A stretch of 63,875 nt of DNA, filler included. It is 6 parts of 6 records of this genome, joined end to end, with 100 filler letters (N's around TTAATTAATTAA, not from the genome) between each part and the next. Parts side by side here need not be neighbours in the genome. Positions count along the whole stretch, not along the records: positions 58,049 to 63,875 come from SRR31156797_9471; 5 more parts are not named here. One strand, 5' to 3'. A model generated the notes under the pieces. It was not told where the DNA came from and did no database searches. It was given only the letters and a program-made list of their open reading frames with translations. The first letter of the stretch is position 1; every line of letters starts with the position of its first letter. This document shows, piece after piece, positions 63,499 through 63,875 of this stretch. A program made the translations under genes and the position numbers.

Positions 63499-63875
63499 AT
63501 GGACCAAAACAGACTGAATGCGCTAATTAACCTGCTGGACGACCCCGACTCAACCGTTTTTGAAATGGTTGAACAGGAGTTGTTAAAGGAAGATGAAAAG
63601 ATTATCCCTGCTCTGGAACAAAAATGGGAATTAAGTTTTGATGAAAACTACCAAAACAGGATCGAAAACATTATTCAAAGCCTGCAGTTTAAAAAAACAT
63701 ATTCGGGTTTAAATCACTGGCTAAATCAGGCACCGGAAAACCAGGAATTATTAGATGGATTTTGCGCTGTTGATCGTTTTCAATACCCGGATTTAAGTGC
63801 TCTGAATATTGATTTAAAAATTGAAAATCTTAGAAAATCGATATGGCTGGAGTTGAATAATTCACTAACGCTGCT
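63499..63875 (+). CDS. Transglutaminase-like / SirB1-type protein N-terminus, 3'-truncated (absent from ORF track)
   Basis: Translated by hand: MDQNRLNALINLLDDPD...LEQKWE...QYPDL...IWLELNNSLT. Confidence 0.7.
   Translation, partial: MDQNRLNALINLLDDPDSTVFEMVEQELLKEDEKIIPALEQKWELSFDENYQNRIENIIQSLQFKKTYSGLNHWLNQAPENQELLDGFCAVDRFQYPDLSALNIDLKIENLRKSIWLELNNSLTL

Overview
This window is not one locus. It is six contigs joined by artificial 100-nt spacers (N44-TTAATTAATTAA-N44) at 5601-5700, 11053-11152, 32612-32711, 41549-41648 and 57949-58048, so adjacency across a spacer means nothing. Taxonomy is inferred from gene content only. Contig 1 (1-5600, Bacteroidota-like): ppc, a T9SS-secreted beta-helix protein, a CGTC-type palindrome and a second, diverged, dead copy of the ppc 5' end plus promoter. 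Contig 2 (5701-11052, Arcobacter/Campylobacterota-like): quinone/redox stress cluster (AKR, DsbC, HxlR regulator, DMT, MFS, MdaB) with a repeated operator. Contig 3 (11153-32611, Fusobacteriota-like): tandem S41 peptidases (one frameshifted by an 11-bp repeat expansion), rpsT, K+ channel, a cellobiose-type PTS operon with a divergent Rep_3 (plasmid-initiator-like) gene where a regulator normally sits, a TM-HNH-WYL-like gene, two type Vd patatin autotransporters, aat and a lipid kinase. Contig 4 (32712-41548, lineage unclear): Cys-rich lipoprotein, PqqD, steroid 5-alpha reductase, a pseudokinase-NTPase-TPR-GAF-GGDEF protein and a CRR6-like protein. Contig 5 (41649-57948, Bacteroidales-like): maeB, a T9SS gene apparently inserted into a terminator (24-bp direct repeats), YceI, TonB-dependent receptor, OMP/L-domain/OMP trio, large T9SS repeat protein, FadL and SGNH lipase. 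Contig 6 (58049-63875, Bacteroidales-like): patatin barrel protein, PAS protein, an apparently inactive GH16 repeat protein and a nucleoside phosphorylase. No rRNA, tRNA, CRISPR array or transposase was found. Best leads: integrase-free single-gene T9SS insertions, a Rep_3 protein possibly domesticated as a sugar regulator, and a membrane-anchored HNH-WYL nuclease.
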